Made by a program: the position numbers and the translations under genes. From Bacteroidota bacterium (GTDB lineage Bacteria; Bacteroidota; Ignavibacteria; Kryptoniales; JAKASW01): a stretch of 64,000 bases of DNA. A model generated the notes under the pieces. The model made no database searches. It worked only from the letters and a program-made list of their open reading frames with translations, and was not told where the DNA came from. Of the stretch, positions 41,271-51,021 are shown one piece after another. The stretch covers positions 7,853 to 71,852 of the forward strand of contig JAKAMG010000010.1 of assembly GCA_021812985.1 (NCBI GenBank). The letters run 5' to 3'. Positions within the stretch are counted from its first letter, which is position 1. Each line of letters begins with the position of its first letter.

Positions 41271-41288
41271 CATGATCGTGCAAGACGC

Positions 41289-42644
41289 CTAATCTTTGCC
41301 GTTAGGCGTGTCTATTTCGTAGCCCTTTATTTTGAGGTAAAGCGTCTTCAGGCTTATTCCAAGTGCCTTTGCTGACCTGTTGCGGTTATAGTTGTTTGCC
41401 TTCAGCACGTTCTCGATATGTATTTTCTCGAGCTCCGCAAGAGAGAGGCGCGTTGGGATCCTCCGCAGGTCTGTCGATTTCGACTTGGATGTAAGGGCAA
41501 TGAACTCGGGGGTAATCTCGTCTCCGCCAGCTAGTATAGCGGCCCGCTCGATGACGTTCTCAAGCTCCCTGATGTTTCCCGGCCAGTCATACTCGAGGAG
41601 AAGGCTCAAAGCGTCCTCCGATATCCTGGTCGCCCTGCGGTTCCGCTGCTTCTTCGTCAGGAAGTGATCGACAAGAAGCGGTATGTCTTCCCGCCGCTGA
41701 CTCAATGGAGGAACTTCCAAGTGGACAACATTGAGACGGTAGAGGAGGTCTTCTCTGAATTTACCCTCCTCCACTTCACGTTCGAGGTCCTTGTTCGTGG
41801 CCGATACTATGCGGACATTGACCTCCATCTCGGCGTTTCCACCGACTCGGCGAAACGTGCCTGTCTCAATGAACCTCAGGAGCTTCGGTTGTACCAGGAA
41901 GCTTATGTCGCCGACCTCATCGAGGAAAAGCGTGCCGCCATCCGCAATTTCCGCCAGCCCCTGTTTGAGAGAATGCGCGTCCGTGAATGCCCCCTTCTCG
42001 TGTCCGAAGAGCTCGCTTTCTATGAGCGTGTCGGGAATGGAGGCGCAGTTCAGCGCGACAAATGGTTTCTTCGCCCGCTCGCTGTTCTCATGTATCAGGT
42101 GAGCGATAAGTTCTTTTCCGGACCCGCTCGGCCCGGTGATCATGACGGAGGCATCGCTTGGCGCCACCTTCAGCGCGACGTCCACTACCTTCTGCAGCGC
42201 TGCGCTCTTCCCGACCAGCTGGAACTTCCCTTCGCCCAGCTGCATCCTCATCACCTTGTTGTCCACGATGAGACGCCGCATGCGCAGGGCGTTGTTCACT
42301 GAGACGAGGAGCTCGTCAAAATTGTACGGTTTGGGGATAAAATCGAAGGCGCCCATCTTGATTGTATCGACGGCGGTCTTTATGTCGCCGTATCCGGTGA
42401 GTATGAGTACCTGCGCGTCGGGCTGGGTCTCCCTCGCGAACTTCAGGACTTCGAGGCCGTTCACGCGCGGCATCTTCAAATCGAGAAGGATTACATCATA
42501 TCTCCGGGACTGGATCTTGTTGATGCCGACTGCGCCGTCATTGGCGACGTCAACGGAAAACCCGACTTCGTCGAGCTGAAGCTTTAGGAGATCCGAGACG
42601 TTTTTTTCATCGTCGACGACGAGTGCACTGAGGAGTTCGGCCAT
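41289..42644 (-). CDS. NtrC/AtoC-family sigma54-dependent response regulator (REC-AAA+-Fis HTH)
   Basis: LVVDDE, LLDLKMP, GPSGSGKE, ESELFGHEKGAFTDA, FLDEVG, WPGNIREL, HTH SAKALGISLKTLY. Confidence 0.93.
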   Translation of the reverse strand: MAELLSALVVDDEKNVSDLLKLQLDEVGFSVDVANDGAVGINKIQSRRYDVILLDLKMPRVNGLEVLKFARETQPDAQVLILTGYGDIKTAVDTIKMGAFDFIPKPYNFDELLVSVNNALRMRRLIVDNKVMRMQLGEGKFQLVGKSAALQKVVDVALKVAPSDASVMITGPSGSGKELIAHLIHENSERAKKPFVALNCASIPDTLIESELFGHEKGAFTDAHSLKQGLAEIADGGTLFLDEVGDISFLVQPKLLRFIETGTFRRVGGNAEMEVNVRIVSATNKDLEREVEEGKFREDLLYRLNVVHLEVPPLSQRREDIPLLVDHFLTKKQRNRRATRISEDALSLLLEYDWPGNIRELENVIERAAILAGGDEITPEFIALTSKSKSTDLRRIPTRLSLAELEKIHIENVLKANNYNRNRSAKALGISLKTLYLKIKGYEIDTPNGKD

Positions 42645-42648
42645 TCGC

Positions 42649-43383
42649 TCATTCAGAAAGATCGATCATCTTGATATTGCCAATATAGGCCGTCACCTTG
42701 TCACCCTTGAGATCCCTGAGCTTCGCCACCACCCCTTCAATCCGTTCGGTGTTCTCCTTCATGATGGCGAGGTAGCTTAGTATGTCAGGAGGTATCTGCT
42801 TTCGCTGAAGGACGTTTATGGCAAGCTTAAGCGCGGCGAGCGGGTTGTTGAGCTCGTGCGAGATTGTCACTATGAGGCTCTTTATCCCGTCTATCCTCTC
42901 TCGCTGCGCGATCTTGTTCACCTCGGCTTCCGCAAGCTTGTCGCGAAGTCTAACGCGTTCGACGACGTTAAGTATTATGCTCGGGAGAATTGAAGTTATG
43001 GCCTCTTCCTTCAGCAGGTAGTCTTCCACATCTAACTTCATCGCCTCGATGGCGATCTTGAAATCGATTGCGTTTGTGAGGAAGACCAGTGGAATACGGA
43101 TGCCTTTCTCGCGAATCATGCGCGCCGTCTCAAGGCCATTCATCCCCGGAAGCTGATAGTCCAGCAATATGACATCGAGGTTTTGACTGTCCTGCAGGAA
43201 CTTCAGCGCGTCCTCGCCAGTCTCAACCCACACAAGATTGAACTCCGCGTCCTTGTAGGGTTTTAGATAAAGACGAGCCAGTTTTGGAATATCCGGATCG
43301 TCTTCAATCATCATTATGTTGAGTTCACGCTTTTCCATCGCAAAAAGCTTCCTGATGTCGGTAACAGAGTTTAAGGCTTCCAT
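42649..43383 (-). CDS. Response regulator receiver fused to HisKA/DHp domain without HATPase_c
   Basis: IEDD, ILLDYQLPGMNG, FLT, DYLLK; H-box ISHELNNPL; protein ends ~65 aa later with no N/G1/F/G2 boxes. Confidence 0.8.
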   Translation of the reverse strand: MEALNSVTDIRKLFAMEKRELNIMMIEDDPDIPKLARLYLKPYKDAEFNLVWVETGEDALKFLQDSQNLDVILLDYQLPGMNGLETARMIREKGIRIPLVFLTNAIDFKIAIEAMKLDVEDYLLKEEAITSILPSIILNVVERVRLRDKLAEAEVNKIAQRERIDGIKSLIVTISHELNNPLAALKLAINVLQRKQIPPDILSYLAIMKENTERIEGVVAKLRDLKGDKVTAYIGNIKMIDLSE

Positions 43384-43413
43384 GTGATTATTCCAATCCT
43401 GTTTTTCGGGGTA

Positions 43414-44658
43414 TCAGTCCATCACCTTTCTCAGAAAAGCGGGTCTCTCGCCAGGTTTTGGCGCCGGAGAATCGTCAGGATTCTCTTCCTCATCCAGCTT
43501 GTTGAGGTGAATGTTGATGCCATTTCGCTCAAAAGTGGGCTCGTCGAATGAGCGCCAGTCCGGCTTGAGCGTCCAGGTCTGCTCTTTGGTCTTCTCCTTA
43601 TCCTTGATTGTCAGCCTGCGTCTCGGATCGGGCGTAGGAGTGGGAAGAGGCTGGGGGCGATTGTTCAGGCCGGCGGCGATCACGGTCACTATCACTTCCT
43701 TCTCGATCTTCTCGTCTATCGACACGCCGACAATCACCTTGCTCTCGTCGTCGCCGTTCTTGGCCACGCCGCGGACGGTCTTGACGATCTCATCGTATTC
43801 ATGAAGTCCGAAACTGGATCCGGCCGTAATGCTGACAAGGATTCCCTCGACCCTCTCGAGCGAGATCTCTTCGAGAAGAGGGTTCGATATGGCCGCAGAG
43901 GCGGCCTCCGCCGAGCGCCTGTCTCCGCTCGCAATGCCGGTCCCGATGATGGCATCCCCTCTGGAGGCAAGGACGGTCCTGACGTCTGCAAAGTCCACGT
44001 TGACGAAACCGGGTCTCGTGATTATCTCGGATATTCCGCGTATGGCATCGTAGAGCACATCGTAGATCTTCTGAAGCGACGCGAGGTAGCCCGCCGATTT
44101 ATCCGAAATAGTCAGGAGCTTCTCGTTCGGAATCACTATCAACGCATCGACATACTTCTTCAGCTCTTCGATGCCGGTTTCGGCGTTGCGCATGCGCTCT
44201 TTAGCCTCGTTGCTGAAAGGCTTCGTGACCACGGCAACGACAAGTGGGGTCGGCTCCTCCTGTCCGTCTTTCTTCATTTCATCGCGGTCGACTCCCTTTA
44301 GGATGCTCGCGATCACCGGTGCGGCGCCAGTTCCGGTTCCGCCACCCATGCCGGCAGTCAGGAAGACCATGTCGCTGTCCTTCAGCGCGCGGTATATCTC
44401 GTCGCGCGCTTCGAGCGCAGCCCGCCTGCCAATTTCAGGATTGGACCCAGCGCCGAGTCCGCGCGTCGTGCTCTTGCCGATCTGGATCCTGTTCGGCGCG
44501 CTGCTCCTCTCGAGGTCCTGCATATCTGTGTTCACCGATATCAGATCTACGCCATGGATTCCTCGCTTGGCTATGCTGTTGATGGCGTTCCCGCCGCATC
44601 CGCCAACGCCCACTACTCTTATCCGCGGCCCTTGTTTCTCTGTGTCTAACTCGAACAC
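43414..44658 (-). CDS. ftsZ: Cell division protein FtsZ
   Basis: GVGGCGGNA, GLGAG, GMGGGTGTG, NVDFAD, C-terminal PAFLRK. Confidence 0.96.
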   Translation of the reverse strand: MFELDTEKQGPRIRVVGVGGCGGNAINSIAKRGIHGVDLISVNTDMQDLERSSAPNRIQIGKSTTRGLGAGSNPEIGRRAALEARDEIYRALKDSDMVFLTAGMGGGTGTGAAPVIASILKGVDRDEMKKDGQEEPTPLVVAVVTKPFSNEAKERMRNAETGIEELKKYVDALIVIPNEKLLTISDKSAGYLASLQKIYDVLYDAIRGISEIITRPGFVNVDFADVRTVLASRGDAIIGTGIASGDRRSAEAASAAISNPLLEEISLERVEGILVSITAGSSFGLHEYDEIVKTVRGVAKNGDDESKVIVGVSIDEKIEKEVIVTVIAAGLNNRPQPLPTPTPDPRRRLTIKDKEKTKEQTWTLKPDWRSFDEPTFERNGINIHLNKLDEEENPDDSPAPKPGERPAFLRKVMD

Positions 44659-44675
44659 GTTGTTATGCCTCCTTC

Positions 44676-46007
44676 TTAGACATTGTCTATGTTTTTGTTA
44701 ATAAACTTCTTGAGGAACTGGACACCTTTTCCAATTCCAAACGGATCCTTCTTCTGCGAAGCCGGATTCTTTTCAGGCTTCTCGCCCTTTGCCGAAGGGT
44801 TATCAGCAGGTTCCTCACGCTCATGAACCTGTTCTGGAAATTCTATCGTAGACTTGCCCACGCCTCTCTTAAGACCGTACTGAACGAGTCCCACAGCGGT
44901 GGCATACATGGGATTCTCCACTTCACGGGCGAAACCTCCGTCAAACGTCTGCGGTATTCCGATCTTCGCCGGCACGCCAAGCACGTATTCAACGAGCTCC
45001 GGCATTCCCTTGAGCAGCGCCCCGCCGCCCGTCAGGACTATGCCCGCCGACAGATGACGCGAATAACCCGACCTCTTAACCTCCATCGCCACGATGTCGA
45101 GCAGCTCTTCGATACGGGGCTGAATTATCTGAGCAAGGAGCTTCTTATTTATCTCTATCGGCTTCCTTCCACCAATTCCCGGGATGAGTATCGGCTCGTC
45201 GTCCACCACTTCCGACACCATCGCATAGCCATGATTGACCTTAAGGTCCTCAGCCTGCTCCGGGAGTATTCCCAACCCTTTTCGGATATCCGTCGTTATG
45301 TGGTCACCCGCTATTGGTATGACCGCCGTGTGCCTTATGGTCCTGTCTTCGAAAACGGCTAGGTCAGTCGTGCCACCTCCGATGTCAAGCAGCGCGACGC
45401 CGACTTCCTTCTCGTCCTCCGTGAGAACCGAATAGCTTGAGGCGAGAGGCTGGAGCACGAGTTCGTCCACCTTAAGTCCCGCACGTTCCACGCACTTGTG
45501 TATGTTCTGCGCGGCGGTGACGAGGCCGGTCACGACGTGCATGGATGCCTCCACACGCACCCCCGCCATACCGATCGGATCATGCGTAACCGTCTGACCG
45601 TCGATGATGAACTCCTGCGGGATGATGTGGATGATCTCCCTGTCGCGCGACAGATGGACCCGCTTCGCGTCCTCTATCAGCCTGTCGATGTCGGACTCGG
45701 TGATCTCGTGGTCCGGATTGCTTATGGTGATTATGCTGTTAGTCTTGAAACTGTCTATGTGCTCACCGGCGATGCCAACTATGGCGCTCTTTATCTTCGT
45801 GCCGGGTTTTGACTCGGCTATCTGTATGGCCTCCTGAATCGACTTGACTGTCCTGTCGATATTGGCGACCACGCCGCGGCTCATGCCGCCGGATTTGCTC
45901 GTCCCGATTCCCAGAACGTTGAGCCTGCCGTTCTGATCGCTCTCGACGACGAGTGCGCAGACTTTCGTCGTACCGATGTCGAGGGCTACAATTATGCTGT
46001 TATTCAT
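44676..46007 (-). CDS. ftsA: Cell division protein FtsA
   Basis: ALDIGTTKV, DIGGGTTD, VLTGGG, YATAVGL. Confidence 0.96.
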   Translation of the reverse strand: MNNSIIVALDIGTTKVCALVVESDQNGRLNVLGIGTSKSGGMSRGVVANIDRTVKSIQEAIQIAESKPGTKIKSAIVGIAGEHIDSFKTNSIITISNPDHEITESDIDRLIEDAKRVHLSRDREIIHIIPQEFIIDGQTVTHDPIGMAGVRVEASMHVVTGLVTAAQNIHKCVERAGLKVDELVLQPLASSYSVLTEDEKEVGVALLDIGGGTTDLAVFEDRTIRHTAVIPIAGDHITTDIRKGLGILPEQAEDLKVNHGYAMVSEVVDDEPILIPGIGGRKPIEINKKLLAQIIQPRIEELLDIVAMEVKRSGYSRHLSAGIVLTGGGALLKGMPELVEYVLGVPAKIGIPQTFDGGFAREVENPMYATAVGLVQYGLKRGVGKSTIEFPEQVHEREEPADNPSAKGEKPEKNPASQKKDPFGIGKGVQFLKKFINKNIDNV

Positions 46008-46016
46008 TTAAATGCC

Positions 46017-46793
46017 TCAGTTTTCTTTTCCGCCTGGTCCCTTCATCGCAATCTGATTGTGAAGGCTTCCGGATAGCGTTCCGAGAACGATCTGTCCGTT
46101 GAACCTCAGATCGACGTAACTGTAATTCGGGGTGGCATTGCTGTTGTCCACATCTGTCAGAAACTTCTGGAGATAAAGGAGCTTCCTCTCGAAATCGTTC
46201 GTGCCTATGATTACGGGAAGGGATGAAGCCGTGGTGTAGGCAACGAGATTGCCGCCGTCCAGCCTTACCTCTGCGATATTAGCAGTCAAAGCAGGACCGT
46301 ACGCCTGAGTGTCCTGGATAAACTTCACAGCCTGCATCAGCGCGCCCCTCGCCGTGTCGCCCACCCCGAGCTGGCCCTGCACATTCGTTATAACAGGCAT
46401 GTTGTTTTTCCGCTGCATAGGAAGAGGAAGCATGATCCCGTTCCCGTCAACCGATAACATCGTGGAACCCGTCGCGACGATCGCTATCGGGTCGCGCTCG
46501 CTGACTGTTATCGTAAGGTCGTACGGAAGTGCTCTGACCACAACGGCGCGGTCCACGAATGGACTCTGCTCGACGTTGCGCGCTATCTTCATGAGGTTGA
46601 GCGCGTAAAGCGGCGCGCCTATCGGTACCTCAGCGAGCGAGCGCACCTCGTCTCCCGTCAGGATCCGCGTGTCATACACCTTCACCTTCTCAACGGCAAG
46701 CTGCCTTTTCCAATTCTGGGCGAGGAGAAACAGAGCCATCAAAAGGCTTATCGACAGTATGAAGCTCAGGTATGTCCTTTCTATCTTGGGCAT
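46017..46793 (-). CDS. ftsQ: Cell division protein FtsQ/DivIB
   Basis: Single TM, POTRA-like region, ERDPIA, YVDLRF; upstream of ftsA. Confidence 0.88.
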   Translation of the reverse strand: MPKIERTYLSFILSISLLMALFLLAQNWKRQLAVEKVKVYDTRILTGDEVRSLAEVPIGAPLYALNLMKIARNVEQSPFVDRAVVVRALPYDLTITVSERDPIAIVATGSTMLSVDGNGIMLPLPMQRKNNMPVITNVQGQLGVGDTARGALMQAVKFIQDTQAYGPALTANIAEVRLDGGNLVAYTTASSLPVIIGTNDFERKLLYLQKFLTDVDNSNATPNYSYVDLRFNGQIVLGTLSGSLHNQIAMKGPGGKEN

Positions 46794-46796
46794 TCT

Positions 46797-48218
46797 CTAT
46801 CTTCCGGGCTTCTGCCTCGTCCCCTTTCCCTTAGCCGGCGATCCCTTCGAGAGAAGGCCGATAAATTCTTCGCCATACCTGGAGATGTCTCCGGCACCCA
46901 GCGTGACCACTATGTCGCCGGGCCTCCTTATCTTCATCAGAAATTCAGGCAACTGCTGTTTGTCCTGGACGTAATGCGCTTCCTTGTGTCCGAAGGCACG
47001 CGCGTCGTTGACGATAAGTTCCCCCGTGACTCCCTGTATTGGCTCCTCGCGGGCCGGATACACCTCCGTCACGACGAGCACATCTGCGTTCAAGAAGCTC
47101 CTCCCGAACTCGTCGTGGAAATCCCTTGTCCTTGAATAAAGATGAGGCTGAAACACGGCGACCACTCTTCTCTGAGGCCAGCCAGACTTCAACGCTGACA
47201 AAGTTGCCTGCACCTCCGTAGGATGGTGCGCGTAATCATCCACGACCATCACCCCTTCCGTTTCGGCCTTTATTTCTATTCTCCTGTAAACGCCTGCGAA
47301 GGACTCCACGGCCTTTCTTATCTTCTGGAAATCGATCCCGAGTTCGAGCCCAATCCCTATTGCGGCCATCGAGTTCTTTATGTTGTGCAAGCCGGGGACG
47401 TTCAGCGTTATCTCACCTAGATTCTTCCCGCGGTGGAGGAGACTGAAAGTGCTCCTGCTCTCGTGGAAGGAAATGTTCACCGCGCGAAGATCGGACTGCG
47501 CATTCAGGCCGTAAGTAACGACTTTCTTCCTTATCAGCGGCAGTATTTCCTGTATCGAAGGCTCGTCGAGACACAGAATTACGAAGCCGTAAAATGGGAC
47601 TTTGTTCGCGAATTCCACGAAGGCTCTCTTGATGTCCTCAAGGTCGGTGTAGATGTCAAGGTGCTCCCTCTCAAGCGTGGTGATCGCAGCAATGACGGGA
47701 GTGAGCTGAAGGAAGGAACGGTCGAACTCATCCGCCTCGACTACTATGTAATCGCCGTGACCGAGCCGCGCGTTCGTCCCGCCGAGGCTTGAGAGCTTTC
47801 CCCCGACGATGACGGTCGGGTCGAGGCCGCCTTCCATAAGGATCAGGCTTGCCATGCTCGTCGTCGTCGTCTTGCCGTGCGTCCCGGCAATCGCGATGCC
47901 GTACTTCATCCTCATAAGTTCAGCAAGCATCTCCGCCCTGCGGATCACGGGTATCTTCTTTTCCGCCGCGGCCACAAGTTCCGGATTGTCCATGTGAACA
48001 GCGGACGAGTACACGACTACATCCGCCTCATCGAGGTTCTTTGCTGAGTGTCCCTTGTAAATTCTCGCACCGAGTTTCTCAAGCCGCTCAGTTATATCGC
48101 TCAGCTGTCGGTCTGACCCGGAAACCTCAAACCCCTGATCCAGAAGGATTTCGCCGATTCCGCTCATCCCTATTCCGCCGATGCCGACCATGTGTATCTT
48201 TCGGACGCTCTTAAACAT
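46797..48218 (-). CDS. murC: UDP-N-acetylmuramate--L-alanine ligase
   Basis: GIGGIGMSG, AGTHGKTTT, EADE, DDYAHHP, FQPHLYSRT. Confidence 0.96.
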   Translation of the reverse strand: MFKSVRKIHMVGIGGIGMSGIGEILLDQGFEVSGSDRQLSDITERLEKLGARIYKGHSAKNLDEADVVVYSSAVHMDNPELVAAAEKKIPVIRRAEMLAELMRMKYGIAIAGTHGKTTTTSMASLILMEGGLDPTVIVGGKLSSLGGTNARLGHGDYIVVEADEFDRSFLQLTPVIAAITTLEREHLDIYTDLEDIKRAFVEFANKVPFYGFVILCLDEPSIQEILPLIRKKVVTYGLNAQSDLRAVNISFHESRSTFSLLHRGKNLGEITLNVPGLHNIKNSMAAIGIGLELGIDFQKIRKAVESFAGVYRRIEIKAETEGVMVVDDYAHHPTEVQATLSALKSGWPQRRVVAVFQPHLYSRTRDFHDEFGRSFLNADVLVVTEVYPAREEPIQGVTGELIVNDARAFGHKEAHYVQDKQQLPEFLMKIRRPGDIVVTLGAGDISRYGEEFIGLLSKGSPAKGKGTRQKPGR

Positions 48219-48705
48219 TTCCCGCTTCCTTCGCCTCCCGATTTTCAGTGATGGGGTCAACTTTTTGACTTAATTCCCTGAAAGTCTCGATCATCCCATT
48301 CTCGTCATGGAAGTGCACGGGATTGATGCGCATCGCCCTCAGATGAGACTTCAACTTCAACCTTATCACCTTGTAACTCCCGCGCACCTTCATGCGCTTC
48401 GCCTTGCCAACCTTGATCCACTCGACATCCGACAGGGGGACTTCCCTGCTGTCGAACCTGTTCCTGAACACGATCGATCTGTCAGTCACTTCAACGTCGC
48501 GCTGGTACAGCATGTTGAAGCCGAGAACAATCACGGAGTAAACAAGGACCGCGATGAAGGCGTATACGATCGGGTCCCTGAATACGAACCTGAACTCGCT
48601 TTCGCCGAAAGTCCCTCTGACGACGGCATAAAGTATGGTGGCAAGCGCGTAGACGGCCACCGACTGATAATAGAATTCGAACCTGCGCTTGAAGTGCCTA
48701 CTCAC
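48211..48705 (-). CDS. Hypothetical two-TM membrane protein with PH-like cytoplasmic domain, inside dcw cluster
   Basis: Two hydrophobic helices then VEVTDRSIVFRNRF..EVPLSDVEWIK; overlaps murG and murC by 8 bp each. Confidence 0.7.
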   Translation of the reverse strand: MSRHFKRRFEFYYQSVAVYALATILYAVVRGTFGESEFRFVFRDPIVYAFIAVLVYSVIVLGFNMLYQRDVEVTDRSIVFRNRFDSREVPLSDVEWIKVGKAKRMKVRGSYKVIRLKLKSHLRAMRINPVHFHDENGMIETFRELSQKVDPITENREAKEAGNV

Positions 48706-49795
48706 GTCCCGCGATCCTCAGCACAGACTTAGCTATGACTTCAGCCGCGTCCTCGTGGGACATGGCTTGAAGGTTATCCCTCATCGACACAAGGCGAGAA
48801 GGCTTATCTACGAGTCCCAATATTTCAGCGGCGAATTTTTGTTCCGCCCCGGATTCTTCAACCATTACCGCCGCGCCTCCTTCCACGAGAGCGCGCGCGT
48901 TTTCAACCTGATGGTTTGCCGCGGCGTAAGGATAAGGGACTATAAGCGAGGGGAGATTGAAATAGATGAGTTCGGCAACGGTAGTAGCACCGCCTCTGCA
49001 GACGGCAAGGTCAGCCGCCGCGTAGGCGTGATCCATTTTCTCTATGAATTTTTCTATCCTGATAAACTCCAGCCTATCAGGATTATCTTTGAAGCTCCCG
49101 ACGATTCTCTCGTAATCGACGGAGCCCGTCTGCCAAATCAATTGGTAATTGCGGCTTATTAACTCGTCAACGACTTTTAATACGGCACTGTTGAGATTCA
49201 CTGCTCCAAGACTGCCGCCCGTGACAAGGAGCGTTTTTCTCCCCGTGCCAAGACCGAAGAACTTAAGCGCTTCCTCTCGCTCAAGCTTCGGTAATTTTCT
49301 TACGGGGCTACCCGTGACAAACAAGCTGCGGCGCACACGAAAATACTTTTTGGATGACTCAAATGCAATGTGGATCTCGCGCGCGAAAGGAGAGAATAGC
49401 CTCGTCATCGCTCCCGGATAACTGTTATGCTCCTGGAGCACGATCGGTGTTCCCGTAATCACGGCAGCCGCGCAGACCGGACCGGACACATATCCGCCCG
49501 TGCCCACGACGACGTCAGGCTTGTAGCTGATAAGAAGCTTCATGGACTGCGCCACGGACACGACTACCTTCAGCGGAAGGAGGAAGTTCGAGAGTTTGAG
49601 CTTCCTCGAGAAGCCGCCGATCCAGATAGACCTGAACTTGTATCCGAGCTGCGGCACGATCCGAGCCTCTATCTTATTTTTTGTTCCTACGAACATCACA
49701 TCCACATCCTTAGTCGTCAAGAGCCTCTCGGCAATCGCGATTGCCGGAAAGACGTGTCCACCGGTGCCGCCTCCCGCGAATACCACGCGCACCAT
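48698..49795 (-). CDS. murG: Lipid II GlcNAc transferase
   Basis: GGGTGGHVFP, GTGGYVS, EHN, GGSLGA, RGGATT, NHQVENA. Confidence 0.96.
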   Translation of the reverse strand: MVRVVFAGGGTGGHVFPAIAIAERLLTTKDVDVMFVGTKNKIEARIVPQLGYKFRSIWIGGFSRKLKLSNFLLPLKVVVSVAQSMKLLISYKPDVVVGTGGYVSGPVCAAAVITGTPIVLQEHNSYPGAMTRLFSPFAREIHIAFESSKKYFRVRRSLFVTGSPVRKLPKLEREEALKFFGLGTGRKTLLVTGGSLGAVNLNSAVLKVVDELISRNYQLIWQTGSVDYERIVGSFKDNPDRLEFIRIEKFIEKMDHAYAAADLAVCRGGATTVAELIYFNLPSLIVPYPYAAANHQVENARALVEGGAAVMVEESGAEQKFAAEILGLVDKPSRLVSMRDNLQAMSHEDAAEVIAKSVLRIAGRE

Positions 49796-51021
49796 CAGCT
49801 GTATATCCTCCCGACGACGGGATCATTGTTCCTCACATTTGTCTTCTTCGAAACATTCCGCTCCGACGGCGGGGCGGCTGTCGGTGATTCGCCTGCAACT
49901 TCTGACAGCTCAGGAATCTGCTTCGACACGTTGAGCAGTATTCCCACGGCTATGGAATTGGTTATCATGGCGGTCCCGCCGTAGCTGATAAAGGGCATCG
50001 GTAGGCCGGTGGTCGGGAAGAGCCCGATCGCGACCCCCGCATTGACGAACGCGTAAAAACATATTCCGCTCGTTATCCCGATTGCGAGAAGATATCCAAA
50101 CCTGTCGGGCGCCCGTTTGGCAATTGCGGTTCCTCGAAAAGCGAGGAAGAGAAAGACAAGAAGTATGAGGAGCGAACCCCACAACCCGTACTCTTCACCG
50201 ATGATCGAGTAAATGAAGTCCCCGTACGATTCGGGGAGGAAGAGATTGCGCTGTTTGCTGTTGCCCGGCCCGACGCCGAATATTCCGCCGTTGCCGAACC
50301 CTATTATTGACTGCCTGACCTGGTAATTGCCGGAGCCATGGTTGATCCAGGTTTCAATTCTGTGGACGCGGTATGCCTCGAAGACCAGGACCACAGCTCC
50401 TATCAACACAGCGGCTCCAACGAGCGCCGCGAAGTGCGACTTCCGCACGCCTCCCGTTAGGAAAATCATGCCCACCACCGCAATAATCATCAAAGCCGTG
50501 CTGAAATTCGGCTGGAGCACAATCATACCCGCGATTAGCGCAGTCGCCCCTATCGGGGTTATCAGGTTCCTGTAATCCCCCAGCTTCTCCGCGTTTTCCG
50601 CCAGATAGCCGGCAGTAAAGAACAGTATTGCCATCCTGGCGATCTCGGACGGCTCGAAGCTGAATATTCCGAGATGGATCCATCTGGCCGCGCCCTTTAT
50701 AATGACGCGCTGACCAATCGCTACAAGAAGTAAAAGTGCCGACAGGGCGAGGAGATGGACCGCATACTTCTGATACTTGTGGTAATCAATTTTGGCAATG
50801 GCGAAAATTAGAACCATCCCGATTACGACTTTGAAGAGATGACTCCGGAGAAGATACGCGGGGTTCTGGAATTTCAGCTCCGCCCAGAACGCGCTGGCGC
50901 TGTAAACGACGACGAGGCTCATGAACATCAGCGAGAGTACGGCGAAGAGGAACCACTTATCGGCGGTCCTGAACGGCGTACGGGGTGACTTCCCGGATGT
51001 ATTTGAAAGTTGTCGGCTCAA
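49795..51021 (-). CDS. ftsW: SEDS peptidoglycan polymerase FtsW
   Basis: VYSAS, GAARWI, EPSE, FLPESYGDFI..IGEEYG, GLPMPFISYGG. Confidence 0.94.
   Translation of the reverse strand: MSRQLSNTSGKSPRTPFRTADKWFLFAVLSLMFMSLVVVYSASAFWAELKFQNPAYLLRSHLFKVVIGMVLIFAIAKIDYHKYQKYAVHLLALSALLLLVAIGQRVIIKGAARWIHLGIFSFEPSEIARMAILFFTAGYLAENAEKLGDYRNLITPIGATALIAGMIVLQPNFSTALMIIAVVGMIFLTGGVRKSHFAALVGAAVLIGAVVLVFEAYRVHRIETWINHGSGNYQVRQSIIGFGNGGIFGVGPGNSKQRNLFLPESYGDFIYSIIGEEYGLWGSLLILLVFLFLAFRGTAIAKRAPDRFGYLLAIGITSGICFYAFVNAGVAIGLFPTTGLPMPFISYGGTAMITNSIAVGILLNVSKQIPELSEVAGESPTAAPPSERNVSKKTNVRNNDPVVGRIYS

Noticed and set aside
41960-42020. GAFTDA instead of GAFTGA in the sigma54 activator
   Set aside because: A frequent variant in FCB-group activators; not unusual on its own
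46017-48218. Absence of murB and ddl from the dcw cluster
   Set aside because: Common in FCB-group dcw clusters
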